DNA of 64,000 nt from contig BTUM01000012.1 in NCBI GenBank assembly GCA_045863235.1, positions 60,594 through 124,593 of the forward strand. Direction: 5' to 3'. The translations under genes and the position numbers were made by a program. The notes beneath the pieces were generated by a model, which did no database searches, had not been told where the DNA came from, and saw only the letters and a program-made list of their open reading frames with translations. Below, piece after piece: positions 42,603 to 51,069 of the stretch (positions within the stretch are counted from its first letter, which is position 1; each line of letters opens with the position of its first letter). Source of the DNA: Candidatus Xenobia bacterium (GTDB lineage: Bacteria > Vulcanimicrobiota > Xenobia > Xenobiales > QWHO01).

Positions 42603-43922
42603 ATGTTTTTGAGGAAGAGCGGTCGCAAGTTTCTCTTGCTGCACTCCTATCGGGAGGGCGGAAGTCGAGTGCGCCAGTTGACACTGAGACAATTTGAGGG
42701 TGTCAGCGGGCTTCGGGTGGCTCTAACTCGGGCGGGGTGGCGAGCGCTTCAGGAGGAGCTCGAGCAAGAATTCCCTCACCTGGAGGTGGACTGGGACGGT
42801 TTGAATGGTAAGCTGGCGGAGATCGTCGGCCGGGAGGCGATTCGGGAGGTAGAAGAGTCCTCGCGTGAAGCGACAGCTCGGGGAGAGAAGAGACGCGAGC
42901 AGGCCATCGACTCTGCCGAGGCTGGCGCCCAGATTCTCCGGCGGACTGCGAGACGACTGCGGCGGCTCTTGCTCGAGTCCAACCCGGAAAGCTTGCGACT
43001 CGCTGGACGCGAGCTCAATGAGCTGGGGGGGCTGATCAGCCAGGTTGCACCGCAGGAGTCAGAAGGCGTTGAGCGCGAGTTAGCTGCGGCAGCGGCCATT
43101 GAACAGGCCGGGGCCCTCCAGTCTGCCGCTGCAGATACCCTTGAGGCAGTGAACGGGAGGGCGGCTCGCGGACGGTTGCGCCGGGCTCAGAGACTCAGGC
43201 CCTGGGATGGGGGACTGTGGAGGCTGGAAGGAGATCTGCTGGTTCGTCATCGGCGCTGGAGAGAGGCCGAGAAGGCCTACCGTGAGGCCGCTCGGCTTGA
43301 CCGGCACAGCCTGCCAACGAACCGGCGGGTCTTTCACCCCGAAGAGCCCGCCGCGCAACCCTATCTGCTCGACCTGGAAGGATTGGCCACGGTTCTGGAG
43401 CGGCAGGGTCGACTGGAGGAAGCCTGCCAGGTGCTCGGGGAGCGTGTCCGCCTCTGTCCGGAACCGGCCGCTCGCGAGGCCCTGGGCGCGGCGCTGCACA
43501 GGGCCGGTCAATTCCAACGAGCCCGCCAAGAGTTCAGCAAGCTCCCTGACCACGACTGGAGGCGGCACTATCACGAAGCGGCCACGTGGCTCGAGCAGGG
43601 CGCTGCCCTGAAAGGCCTGGAGGTCTTGCTCCGGGCCATCGCGCGCAACGACGGACCGGCCTGCACCCTCCCTCCGCGGTTTCGAAGAGGGACCCGAGTG
43701 GAACGGCCCGACTACCACTACTGGGAACAGTTTGGCGAGCTTTGGGGCGAGGAAGCACGTCGTTTCCTTCGAGCCGTCCGGGAAGAACGAATGGTTCGAT
43801 TCAGGATGACCGAGCTTGGCAAGCGACGCTACCGGGTGCGCAAAGTGATGCCGCCCGAGCTGATGAGAAAGGTGGCCCGACGGGCTCTGGCCCGACTCTT
43901 GGACCCTGAGCTTGCGGCCTGA
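42603..43922 (+). CDS. TPR-containing protein with a basic N-terminal domain resembling IS1634-transposase N-termini
   Basis: MFLRKSG...LLHSYREGG.RVRQ..L; helical TPR-like repeats; more A/T at third codon positions than neighbours. Confidence 0.65.
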   Translation: MFLRKSGRKFLLLHSYREGGSRVRQLTLRQFEGVSGLRVALTRAGWRALQEELEQEFPHLEVDWDGLNGKLAEIVGREAIREVEESSREATARGEKRREQAIDSAEAGAQILRRTARRLRRLLLESNPESLRLAGRELNELGGLISQVAPQESEGVERELAAAAAIEQAGALQSAAADTLEAVNGRAARGRLRRAQRLRPWDGGLWRLEGDLLVRHRRWREAEKAYREAARLDRHSLPTNRRVFHPEEPAAQPYLLDLEGLATVLERQGRLEEACQVLGERVRLCPEPAAREALGAALHRAGQFQRARQEFSKLPDHDWRRHYHEAATWLEQGAALKGLEVLLRAIARNDGPACTLPPRFRRGTRVERPDYHYWEQFGELWGEEARRFLRAVREERMVRFRMTELGKRRYRVRKVMPPELMRKVARRALARLLDPELAA

Positions 43923-44026
43923 AAGTCTGAAGGGTCTGCTCAGGGGCACACAAAGAAACTACGAGAGAACCGGAGGCAACAATCCGTTCATCTCCTGGCC
44001 GGGGGACTGGCCTACAATCGGCTCGC

Positions 44027-45181
44027 ATGAACAGCCTGGAAACTGCCGCTCGCTTTGTCAGCCAGTATGACCAGCACGCCTCCCGCACGCTCTGGCGCAA
44101 GGAATTCGAAGGGGGTTGGGTCTACGAGCCTGCCGTCAGCTCGGAGGGCGACCTCTACGTCGGCGGAGGACGCGGCGAGTTGCTGGCCCTCGACCCGCAG
44201 GGCGAGCTGCGCTGGAAGCTGCCCGTTGGCCTGGTTCTACGGGCTCCGGTGCTGTCTCCCGATGAACAAACCGTCTACGTGGCTACCCAGGAGAGTCAAC
44301 TGATGGCTCTGGGTAGGAATGGCAACCTGCTGTGGGAGCAGCGGCTGGGCTACGGGGGGGTCAGCACTCCGGTGCTGACCCCGGGCGGTGGCCTGCTCGC
44401 CGGCAGCCTGGCTGGCGAACTGGTCGCCTTCACGCCGCAGGGCGAGCCCACCTGGAGCTTCAAGACCAGAGGCGGCATCCAGCAGCCGGCCCTGGCCACG
44501 CCCGAGGGGGAGATCTTCCTGCGTGACGATCGAGGCACGGTCTACGCGCTGGACGCGGCCGGACAGGAGCGCTGGAAGCTGGACACTCAGGGCTGCGGTC
44601 CGCTTGCTCGCAACGCCGACGGGTTGATCCTGGTCTCTGACTGGAAAGACCTCAAGGCGGTCGATCCTGCCAGCGGCCAGGTGCGTTGGCAGGTGCCGGC
44701 CAGCATCCCCCGCGACTGCGGTCCCACGGTGGCTTCCGATGGCACCATCTTCGTGCCCGGCCACGACAAGAAACTGCAGGCCCTCAATCCGGACGGCAGC
44801 GAAAAGTGGCGCGCTGAGGGACCGGTGGGCCTGGCCACCACGCCTCTGCTGTCCGGAGACCAACAGACGGTGGTGGTGCGGGGCTGGGATCGCCAGGTGC
44901 TGGTTTTTGGAGCCGAGGGCGGCCTGCGTTGGGTGGCGCCCACCTACCAGTACAATGGGGCCAGCATCATGTCCAAACTGGCCGTGGGGCGAGACGGAAC
45001 CGTCTACGCCGGCAGCCAGGACTCGAGCCTGGCTGCATTCAAGGGGTTGACCGCCGAAGAGCAGTTGGAGGCCGCCCGGAGCCATCGCAGCGACGAGACC
45101 CCGGGCGTGCACGTGGGCCGAGAGTGGGTGGTCATCGGCGGCACGCGCTTGCGACCGCGACAGACTCAGGCCGGAACCTGA
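44027..45181 (+). CDS. PQQ-like (BamB-type) beta-propeller repeat protein
   Basis: Repeats P....G.+Y.G...G.L.AL...G...W; no signal peptide; carries the shared C-terminal motif. Confidence 0.88.
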   Translation: MNSLETAARFVSQYDQHASRTLWRKEFEGGWVYEPAVSSEGDLYVGGGRGELLALDPQGELRWKLPVGLVLRAPVLSPDEQTVYVATQESQLMALGRNGNLLWEQRLGYGGVSTPVLTPGGGLLAGSLAGELVAFTPQGEPTWSFKTRGGIQQPALATPEGEIFLRDDRGTVYALDAAGQERWKLDTQGCGPLARNADGLILVSDWKDLKAVDPASGQVRWQVPASIPRDCGPTVASDGTIFVPGHDKKLQALNPDGSEKWRAEGPVGLATTPLLSGDQQTVVVRGWDRQVLVFGAEGGLRWVAPTYQYNGASIMSKLAVGRDGTVYAGSQDSSLAAFKGLTAEEQLEAARSHRSDETPGVHVGREWVVIGGTRLRPRQTQAGT

Positions 45182-45960
45182 GAGAGCGAGGCCCCCAGGC
45201 GCTTGGCGGCGGCCTGACGCAGCTTGGGGTCCTGATAGTCCACCAACTGACCGCTCAGCTCGGGATGCCCCTCCAGCGCGAGCCAGGCGGCCACCTGAGC
45301 CGGCACCTCGGGCGGCTCGAGCTCACCCTTCTGCTTGAGGCCGTGGAAATAATCGGCCAGTTCGGTCGGCATCTTGTGGCGATGCTCGCGAATCTGGCCC
45401 TGCATGTCGGTGTCAACCACACCCGGACGCAGCGACAGGCAGACGACGTCGGGCTCCTCGGCGGCTACGGTGGCGGTCAGCAGCAACAATCCGGCTTTGG
45501 TGGCGCAGTAAGCGTTCCAACTCGGAACCGGACGGCTGGCTGCCCCGGTGCTGACGTTGACGATGCGCCCCCGGCTCTGGCGCAGGGCCGGCAGGGCAGC
45601 CTGCATCAGCCGGATGGGGCTCACCAGGTTGAGCTGCACGGCCTGATGCCAGTGGGCCGGGTCGACCTCGGCCAGCTTGCCGATGGGATGGATCGTGCCG
45701 GCATTATTGACCAGGGCGTCCAGGCGACCGCACCGGTCGATCACCGACTGCACCGCGAGGGCCCCGGCCTCGGGGTTTGACAGGTCGATAGGGTAAACGA
45801 GCGCCTTGCCACCCCGCGCTTCCACCCGGCGGGCTACCTGCTCCAGGTCGTCCTGATTGCGGGCCATCAGGGCCACGATCGCCCCCGCCTGGCCGAGCCA
45901 CTCGGCCACGGCCGCCCCCAGCCCTCGGGAAGCTCCGGTTACGATGATGACGGGTTGCAT
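45166..45960 (-). CDS. Short-chain dehydrogenase/reductase
   Basis: TGASRGLG, NNAG, NVS, YCATK, PGVVDTDM. Confidence 0.93.
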   Translation of the reverse strand: MQPVIIVTGASRGLGAAVAEWLGQAGAIVALMARNQDDLEQVARRVEARGGKALVYPIDLSNPEAGALAVQSVIDRCGRLDALVNNAGTIHPIGKLAEVDPAHWHQAVQLNLVSPIRLMQAALPALRQSRGRIVNVSTGAASRPVPSWNAYCATKAGLLLLTATVAAEEPDVVCLSLRPGVVDTDMQGQIREHRHKMPTELADYFHGLKQKGELEPPEVPAQVAAWLALEGHPELSGQLVDYQDPKLRQAAAKRLGASLSQVPA

Positions 45961-46064
45961 GGGCTCTGGCACCTCCGACTCTTGCTGGCGGGGCGCTTCC
46001 GTCCGAGTGGTCAAAACCCTGTTTGTTCGAGAGGAGCTTCGATGCGTTCGAGCGGAAAGACGAG

Positions 46065-46520
46065 ATGAATTTTTCTCAGGAGGCGCCCATGCTGACCGTG
46101 GAAGTGGATACCCGTGTGATCGTCGAGAAACGCCATCCCAGAGCCCAGCTTCCCCGCAAGGCCCACGATACCGACGCTTGCTACGATCTGATCGCCGTCG
46201 AGGGAGGTCGAATCGAGCCCGACGAGACCCGCACCCTGGATACCGGCATCGCCCTCCAACTCGAGTCTGGCTGGGAGGCCCAGGTGCGCGGCCGCAGCGG
46301 GCTGGCCAGCAGGGGCATCGTGATCCACCCTGGCACCATCGACCACCTCTACCGCAAGACCGTTCGCGTGCTGGTGCACAACCTGTCGGGCCGGCCCTAC
46401 ATCGTGCAGGCCGGGGACCGGATCGCCCAGATGAAGATCAGCCGCATCTGGAACGTCGCCCTGGAGGAGGGCACAGTGGAGGAGACCGCCCGCGGAGGGC
46501 TGGGCAGCACCGGGCGCTGA
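46065..46520 (+). CDS. dut: dUTP diphosphatase
   Basis: DA.YDL, RGRSGLA, PGTID..YR, GDRIAQ, RGGLGSTG; start could be 46089. Confidence 0.93.
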   Translation: MNFSQEAPMLTVEVDTRVIVEKRHPRAQLPRKAHDTDACYDLIAVEGGRIEPDETRTLDTGIALQLESGWEAQVRGRSGLASRGIVIHPGTIDHLYRKTVRVLVHNLSGRPYIVQAGDRIAQMKISRIWNVALEEGTVEETARGGLGSTGR

Positions 46521-46535
46521 GCTTCGCAACGGCAA

Positions 46536-46569
46536 CAAAAACGCCCCGTCTCGAGACGGGGCGTTTTTT
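46536..46569. terminator. Bidirectional intrinsic terminator
   Basis: AAAAACGCCCCGTC-TCGA-GACGGGGCGTTTTTT. Confidence 0.85.
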
Positions 46570-46597
46570 GATGAACCGCTCGGCTTGTGGCCAGTTC

Positions 46598-47863
46598 CTA
46601 ACGCGCGGGTTGGGGCTCTGCGTAGATGAAGTCGTCCACCACGACCATATCGTTCGCACCGCCGTTGGTCACATCGTTGTTGGCCCCCGAGAGCGGCGCC
46701 TCGCCGGTGACCAGAGTGACCTCACGGCAGCTCGCGCCCTGGAACTGGACTCCCAGGAAGGCCAGTCCCCGCGACCCCGGCAGCGCCGTCACCGTGGGGG
46801 TGAACGTAGAGCCATCGGGCAGCACGAAGATGATCGAGCTGGTGTTGCGGTCCGGGTCGCAGAAGACCGCCCCGAAGGCCGAGGAAACAGCGGGAGTGTT
46901 GGTGTTGGGCAGGAAGAACTCGGTATCGAACCGGCTCGCGCCCAGGGTGGCGAACAGCTTCACGGGCGAGAAGGCCTGGAACTGGGTGGGGTAAGTGGCG
47001 TTCACGTCCCCGTAGGCGTTGTCGCTGACCCGGAAGCCGGATCCATTGGTGGCAAAGATCACTCCCCGGGGGCTGTTGACGTTGAAGAAGTTGGCCGGGA
47101 AGGCGTTTGTGTTTGTCTGGGCAGCGGGTACACCGTCCCAGTTGATCTCGCGCCGACCGGTGGGGAAGACCTGGGCCGTGTTGGGGTTGAGCGGCCCGAG
47201 GGCGGCCCGGAAGGAGTCTACAGTGGGCTGAATGGCCGCCGCGTTGGCCCCGCCCGCCGAGAAGATGGTCACGTCGAAGACGTTCACGGTGGCCTGGGCG
47301 GTGGTTCCGTTCTCGGACACGGCAGTGATCGTGGTCTGTCCCACGCCGACGGCGGTCACCGCTCCCACGTCATTGACGGTGGCAACAGTGGCGTCGGCGG
47401 TGGACCACTCGACCTGGTCAGAGATGTCGAGCACGGCCCTATCATCAAAAGTAGCGGTGGCGGTCAGGCGCTCGGTGGTGCCCACCCGCAGGAAGCTGCC
47501 ATCCGGGTCGACCGACAGAGCGGTCACGGCGCTGACCACCGTGACCTCGCAGAAGGCCTCGCGGCCGTTCAGGCGAGCCCGAATGTTGATCGTACCCTGA
47601 CCCGTCCCGGTCACCAGACCGGTGCTGGAGACGGTGGCCACGTTCACGGAGCCCGTGGCCCACTCGACCGAATTGGTGACATCCTGCACGCCGTCCTGAA
47701 AGAGGTTTCCGGTCGCTGTCAACTGCAACGTCTGTCCTCGAGCGATGGTGGCCGAGGTGGGGGTCACGTTCAGAACCTGAACGTTGAAGAACGGGTTGCC
47801 GGGATTGCTGCAGCCCGAAGCCAGGAGGGCCAGGGCGAGCACCAGCATGAAGTATTTTCGCAA
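46598..47863 (-). CDS. Lipoprotein with two Big_2 Ig-like domains and a C-terminal RREINWDG domain
   Basis: RBS GAGGAGG, TTG start, lipobox LLASGC; DVT..VEW....VATV...G.VT repeated twice. Confidence 0.85.
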   Translation of the reverse strand: MRKYFMLVLALALLASGCSNPGNPFFNVQVLNVTPTSATIARGQTLQLTATGNLFQDGVQDVTNSVEWATGSVNVATVSSTGLVTGTGQGTINIRARLNGREAFCEVTVVSAVTALSVDPDGSFLRVGTTERLTATATFDDRAVLDISDQVEWSTADATVATVNDVGAVTAVGVGQTTITAVSENGTTAQATVNVFDVTIFSAGGANAAAIQPTVDSFRAALGPLNPNTAQVFPTGRREINWDGVPAAQTNTNAFPANFFNVNSPRGVIFATNGSGFRVSDNAYGDVNATYPTQFQAFSPVKLFATLGASRFDTEFFLPNTNTPAVSSAFGAVFCDPDRNTSSIIFVLPDGSTFTPTVTALPGSRGLAFLGVQFQGASCREVTLVTGEAPLSGANNDVTNGGANDMVVVDDFIYAEPQPAR

Positions 47864-47873
47864 AACGACCTCC

Positions 47874-49343
47874 TCAGGCGGGGCTTGAAAGTTCTTCGCG
47901 GGATTCGAGGCCCGCGCCCGGCTTCCTCCGCAGACGCACTCCCGGAGCCACGGGACGGGCCCGCAGACAGTGATCGCAGTTATCGCAAAGACTGGCCGGG
48001 GGTTGGCCAAAGTACTCCAACAGCCGCTGGCGACGGCAGGCCGGCACCTCAAGGAAGGCCAGCATCGCGTCGAGTCGATCGCGATCGGCCTTCTTGAGGG
48101 CCAGGACCTTCATCCACCCGGCCACCGTGGTGGCCGGCTGATAGCGCAAGTTGCGCGGTCCATCGTAGCCGATGAGGGCACCCAGGGCCAGATTCCAGCG
48201 TCCATCCGTCCAGGTGGGAAACTCGTTGCGGGCCGCAAAGGGAACCCGCCGCTCCAGCGCCATGCGCACCTGCTCGAGCTCCTCCAAGGTGGGGAAGCGT
48301 CGATCGTGGTAGAAGTTCAAGATGTCCCGATCGAGCGGATCGTGAAGCACCACCGAGCGGGCGGGCCGGCCGTCGCGCCCGGCCCGGCCCGCTTCCTGGA
48401 AGTAGGCCTCCAGCGAGCTCGGGGCCTGAAAGTGCACCACCGTGCGGATGTTTGGCTTGTCTACCCCCATGCCGAAGGCCGTGGTGGCAACCAGCACGGG
48501 GATGCGCCCGCTCAAGAAAGCCTGTTGGGCCGAGCGACGTACCTCGGGGAAGAGGCCGGCGTGGTAGGCGAGCGCGGTCACCCCTCGCTCGCTGAGCCAC
48601 TCGGCCAGCTTCTGGGCGTCTCGCTTGCGAGCCACGTAGACCAGTGCCGGCAGCGCCTCGGGAGCAGTCAGCAGCTTGCCCAGCTCCTGGGTGCGGCGGA
48701 CGGCGGGACAGGGGAGCACGGCCATGGACAGGTTGGGTCGATCCACCTCGCCCACCACCCGATCGGCCGAAGGTATTCCCAGCGCGTGCAGGATGCCGCG
48801 CTGCACGCGCGGTGTGGCGGTGGCCGTCAGGGCCAGCACCGAGCGAGGCCTCAGCTCAGCCAGCACCGACTTGAGGCGCAGGTAGTCCGGCCGAAAGTCG
48901 TGGCCCCACTCGCAGATCAGGTGGGCCTCGTCGACCGCCAGCAGGGGGACGTTGCCGGAGCCGAGAGCCTGCATCAGGCCGGGCATCGTGAAGCGCTCCG
49001 GAGCGGCGAACACGAAGCGGGCCCGCCCGGCGGCGATGGCCTCCAGGGCGGACTGGTTCTCCTCGGCTGACTGCAGGTTGGTGAGCGAGTAGACATCGGT
49101 TACGCCCAGACGGCGCAAGGCTCCCACCTGGTCCTGAATCAGGGCCAGCAGGGGGCTGACGACCACGGTCGGGCCTTGGCAGAGAAGGCCGGGCAGTTGG
49201 TAGCAGAGCGACTTGCCTGAGCCTGTTGGCAGCACGGCCAGCACCGAGCGGCCAGCCAGAACGGCCTCCACCACCTCCTTCTGGTGGGGGCGAAAGCTCC
49301 CATGGGCAAAGTACGACCTGAGCTCATGTTCCAGGGAATGCAT
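47874..49343 (-). CDS. RecQ-family ATP-dependent DNA helicase, short form without HRDC
   Basis: PTGSGKSLCYQLP, DEAH...WGHDFRPDY, TATA, YHAG, ATTAFGMGVDK, QEAGRAGRDG, CRR..LL.YFG..CDNCD.C. Confidence 0.95.
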   Translation of the reverse strand: MHSLEHELRSYFAHGSFRPHQKEVVEAVLAGRSVLAVLPTGSGKSLCYQLPGLLCQGPTVVVSPLLALIQDQVGALRRLGVTDVYSLTNLQSAEENQSALEAIAAGRARFVFAAPERFTMPGLMQALGSGNVPLLAVDEAHLICEWGHDFRPDYLRLKSVLAELRPRSVLALTATATPRVQRGILHALGIPSADRVVGEVDRPNLSMAVLPCPAVRRTQELGKLLTAPEALPALVYVARKRDAQKLAEWLSERGVTALAYHAGLFPEVRRSAQQAFLSGRIPVLVATTAFGMGVDKPNIRTVVHFQAPSSLEAYFQEAGRAGRDGRPARSVVLHDPLDRDILNFYHDRRFPTLEELEQVRMALERRVPFAARNEFPTWTDGRWNLALGALIGYDGPRNLRYQPATTVAGWMKVLALKKADRDRLDAMLAFLEVPACRRQRLLEYFGQPPASLCDNCDHCLRARPVAPGVRLRRKPGAGLESREELSSPA

Positions 49344-49428
49344 GCGACGATACCTCTGAGACCGCCAGAATGAGGCCGGACTGCTCGGCCAGGAGACGAT
49401 CCTCTGAGACGATCGTAAGCCGGGCGGG

Positions 49429-49920
49429 TTAACCGGATGTGGCCGGATCGTGTCCGTCTGGTTGCCAGGGTGTATCCAAAAAATGAACGCCGGCCCAGAG
49501 GCCCACCAGGATAGCCTCGGCCGCGTCGTGTCCCAACGCGCGCGGGGGCGCAAGACCAGCCTCGCGCACCCGCACCCGGGCCAGCTCGACGGCCGTGGCC
49601 TTGGCCTGCTCGCCGCTGCGCCGCTGGCGTTGAAGGAGCAGCTCCTCGCGCCAGGTCTCGGCGCTCACCCAGTGAAAGGCCAGCTGGCGCGTGCGGGCTT
49701 GCTTTCGCCAGATCTCGGCCAGGCGGCCATCGCCCTCCACCACCAGGTAGCTCAAAGCGGGCAACTCGCCGAGCAAGGCATCGGCTCCCCGGCGCAGGCG
49801 AGCCACCGAGCCGAAGTTACGCGAGCTCCACCACAGGAGGCAGCCCTCGCGGGAGAAACCGGCCAGGCCGGTGCGCACCCCCACGTCCACCGCCAGCAGA
49901 GCCGTCAGCTGGCGCGACAC
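49429..49920 (-). CDS. RNase H-like (RuvC-like) fold hypothetical protein
   Basis: LLAVDVGVRTGLA, LVVEG, W+..LL, HDAAEAIL acidic-residue pattern. Confidence 0.65.
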   Translation of the reverse strand: MSRQLTALLAVDVGVRTGLAGFSREGCLLWWSSRNFGSVARLRRGADALLGELPALSYLVVEGDGRLAEIWRKQARTRQLAFHWVSAETWREELLLQRQRRSGEQAKATAVELARVRVREAGLAPPRALGHDAAEAILVGLWAGVHFLDTPWQPDGHDPATSG

Positions 49921-51047
49921 CAGCTGAGCGCCACTTCCACCAGGACCTCGGCCGCCAGGCCCAGGGAATCCTCCAGCACCCACTCCTCGTCCCCCGCCTC
50001 GCCGGCAGGTCCGAAGACCAGTGCCGGAATTCCGGCCGCCTGCAGCAGGGCGGCGTCGGTCCAGCCGGGATGGGCGGTGCGACGAGCTGGAAGGTCGGTA
50101 GTGCGGGCCACCGCCTGCTCCAGCACGCCCAGCAGAGGACTGGTAGGCGGGTGATGGTAGGCCGGTCGGCTCGCCGTCTGGCTGGGAGCCAGCTTGGCGC
50201 GAAAGGTGGGATCGCCCCCGGCCAGGCCCTTGAGCAGGGAGGTCAACTCGGCCTCAGCCTGGCTTTCGGCTTCGCCCGGCAAGAGCCGCCGCTCGGCTCG
50301 CAGGCGGCACTGGCGGGGTTGAGCGCCCCACTCGGCGGCCGAGAAGATGGCCGTGGGCCGAAACCAGGGCGGACCCAGCCCTTCGGGGGTGGGCAAGGCG
50401 GCCAGCCTGCGATCGAGCTCGTCCAGGCCCAGCACCACCCGGGCCATCTGGGTCACCGGATTGGAGCCGCGCGAGCGCTGGGTCTCGATCTCGAGCACGG
50501 CCGAGCCGGCGTGCAGCCAGCCGACCGAAAGCCCCGTGCACTCGCACACCAGGGCGGCCTGGGGACGGTAACGCTCGAGCAGGGCTCGCGTTCCCAGCGA
50601 GCCGATCTTCTGATCCACCACCAGGGCCACCAGCAGGTCGCCGCCCAGCTTGAGGCCGGTCTCGGCCAGGATCATGGCCGACCAGAGCATGGTGGACAGA
50701 CCCGCCTTCATGTCGGCGCTGCCCAGCCCGTACAGCTTTCCTTTCTCGCGTCGGGCCACGAAGGGCGCTCGCAGCTCTCCGGGGGCCTCGGTGTCGAGGT
50801 GGCCCAGCAGCATCAGCGAGGGGCCGTCGCCCCGCCCCCGCAGCACCCCCACCACGTTGGTGCGACCGGGGGCAACCTCCTGCACCTCCACGTCCAGGCC
50901 CGCCTCGCGCAGGCAGGTGGCGCAGTAGACGGCCAGCTCGGCCTCGCCGGTGCCCCCGGTGAAGCCGGGATTGACCGAGGGGATCTGGACCAGATCGACC
51001 AGCGTGGGCAAGAGCAGGTCGGGCGGGACGGGGATGGTTGCGGGCAT
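49905..51047 (-). CDS. M20/ArgE-DapE family protein with degenerate catalytic residues
   Basis: LVQIPSVNP, GRTNVVG, GHLDT, LYGLGSADMKAG, WTDAALL, FGP; DEE is replaced by DQK. Confidence 0.85.
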   Translation of the reverse strand: MPATIPVPPDLLLPTLVDLVQIPSVNPGFTGGTGEAELAVYCATCLREAGLDVEVQEVAPGRTNVVGVLRGRGDGPSLMLLGHLDTEAPGELRAPFVARREKGKLYGLGSADMKAGLSTMLWSAMILAETGLKLGGDLLVALVVDQKIGSLGTRALLERYRPQAALVCECTGLSVGWLHAGSAVLEIETQRSRGSNPVTQMARVVLGLDELDRRLAALPTPEGLGPPWFRPTAIFSAAEWGAQPRQCRLRAERRLLPGEAESQAEAELTSLLKGLAGGDPTFRAKLAPSQTASRPAYHHPPTSPLLGVLEQAVARTTDLPARRTAHPGWTDAALLQAAGIPALVFGPAGEAGDEEWVLEDSLGLAAEVLVEVALSWCRAS

Positions 51048-51069
51048 GGGCCGTGGGGAGGTTCGCCCG

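Noticed and set aside
47874..47945. RecQ C-terminus (PGVRLRRK) as a fourth copy of the shared C-terminal motif
   Set aside because: Only the G-V-x-L-basic part matches; the GV-x6-V-x-hydrophobic portion is missing and it is not terminal
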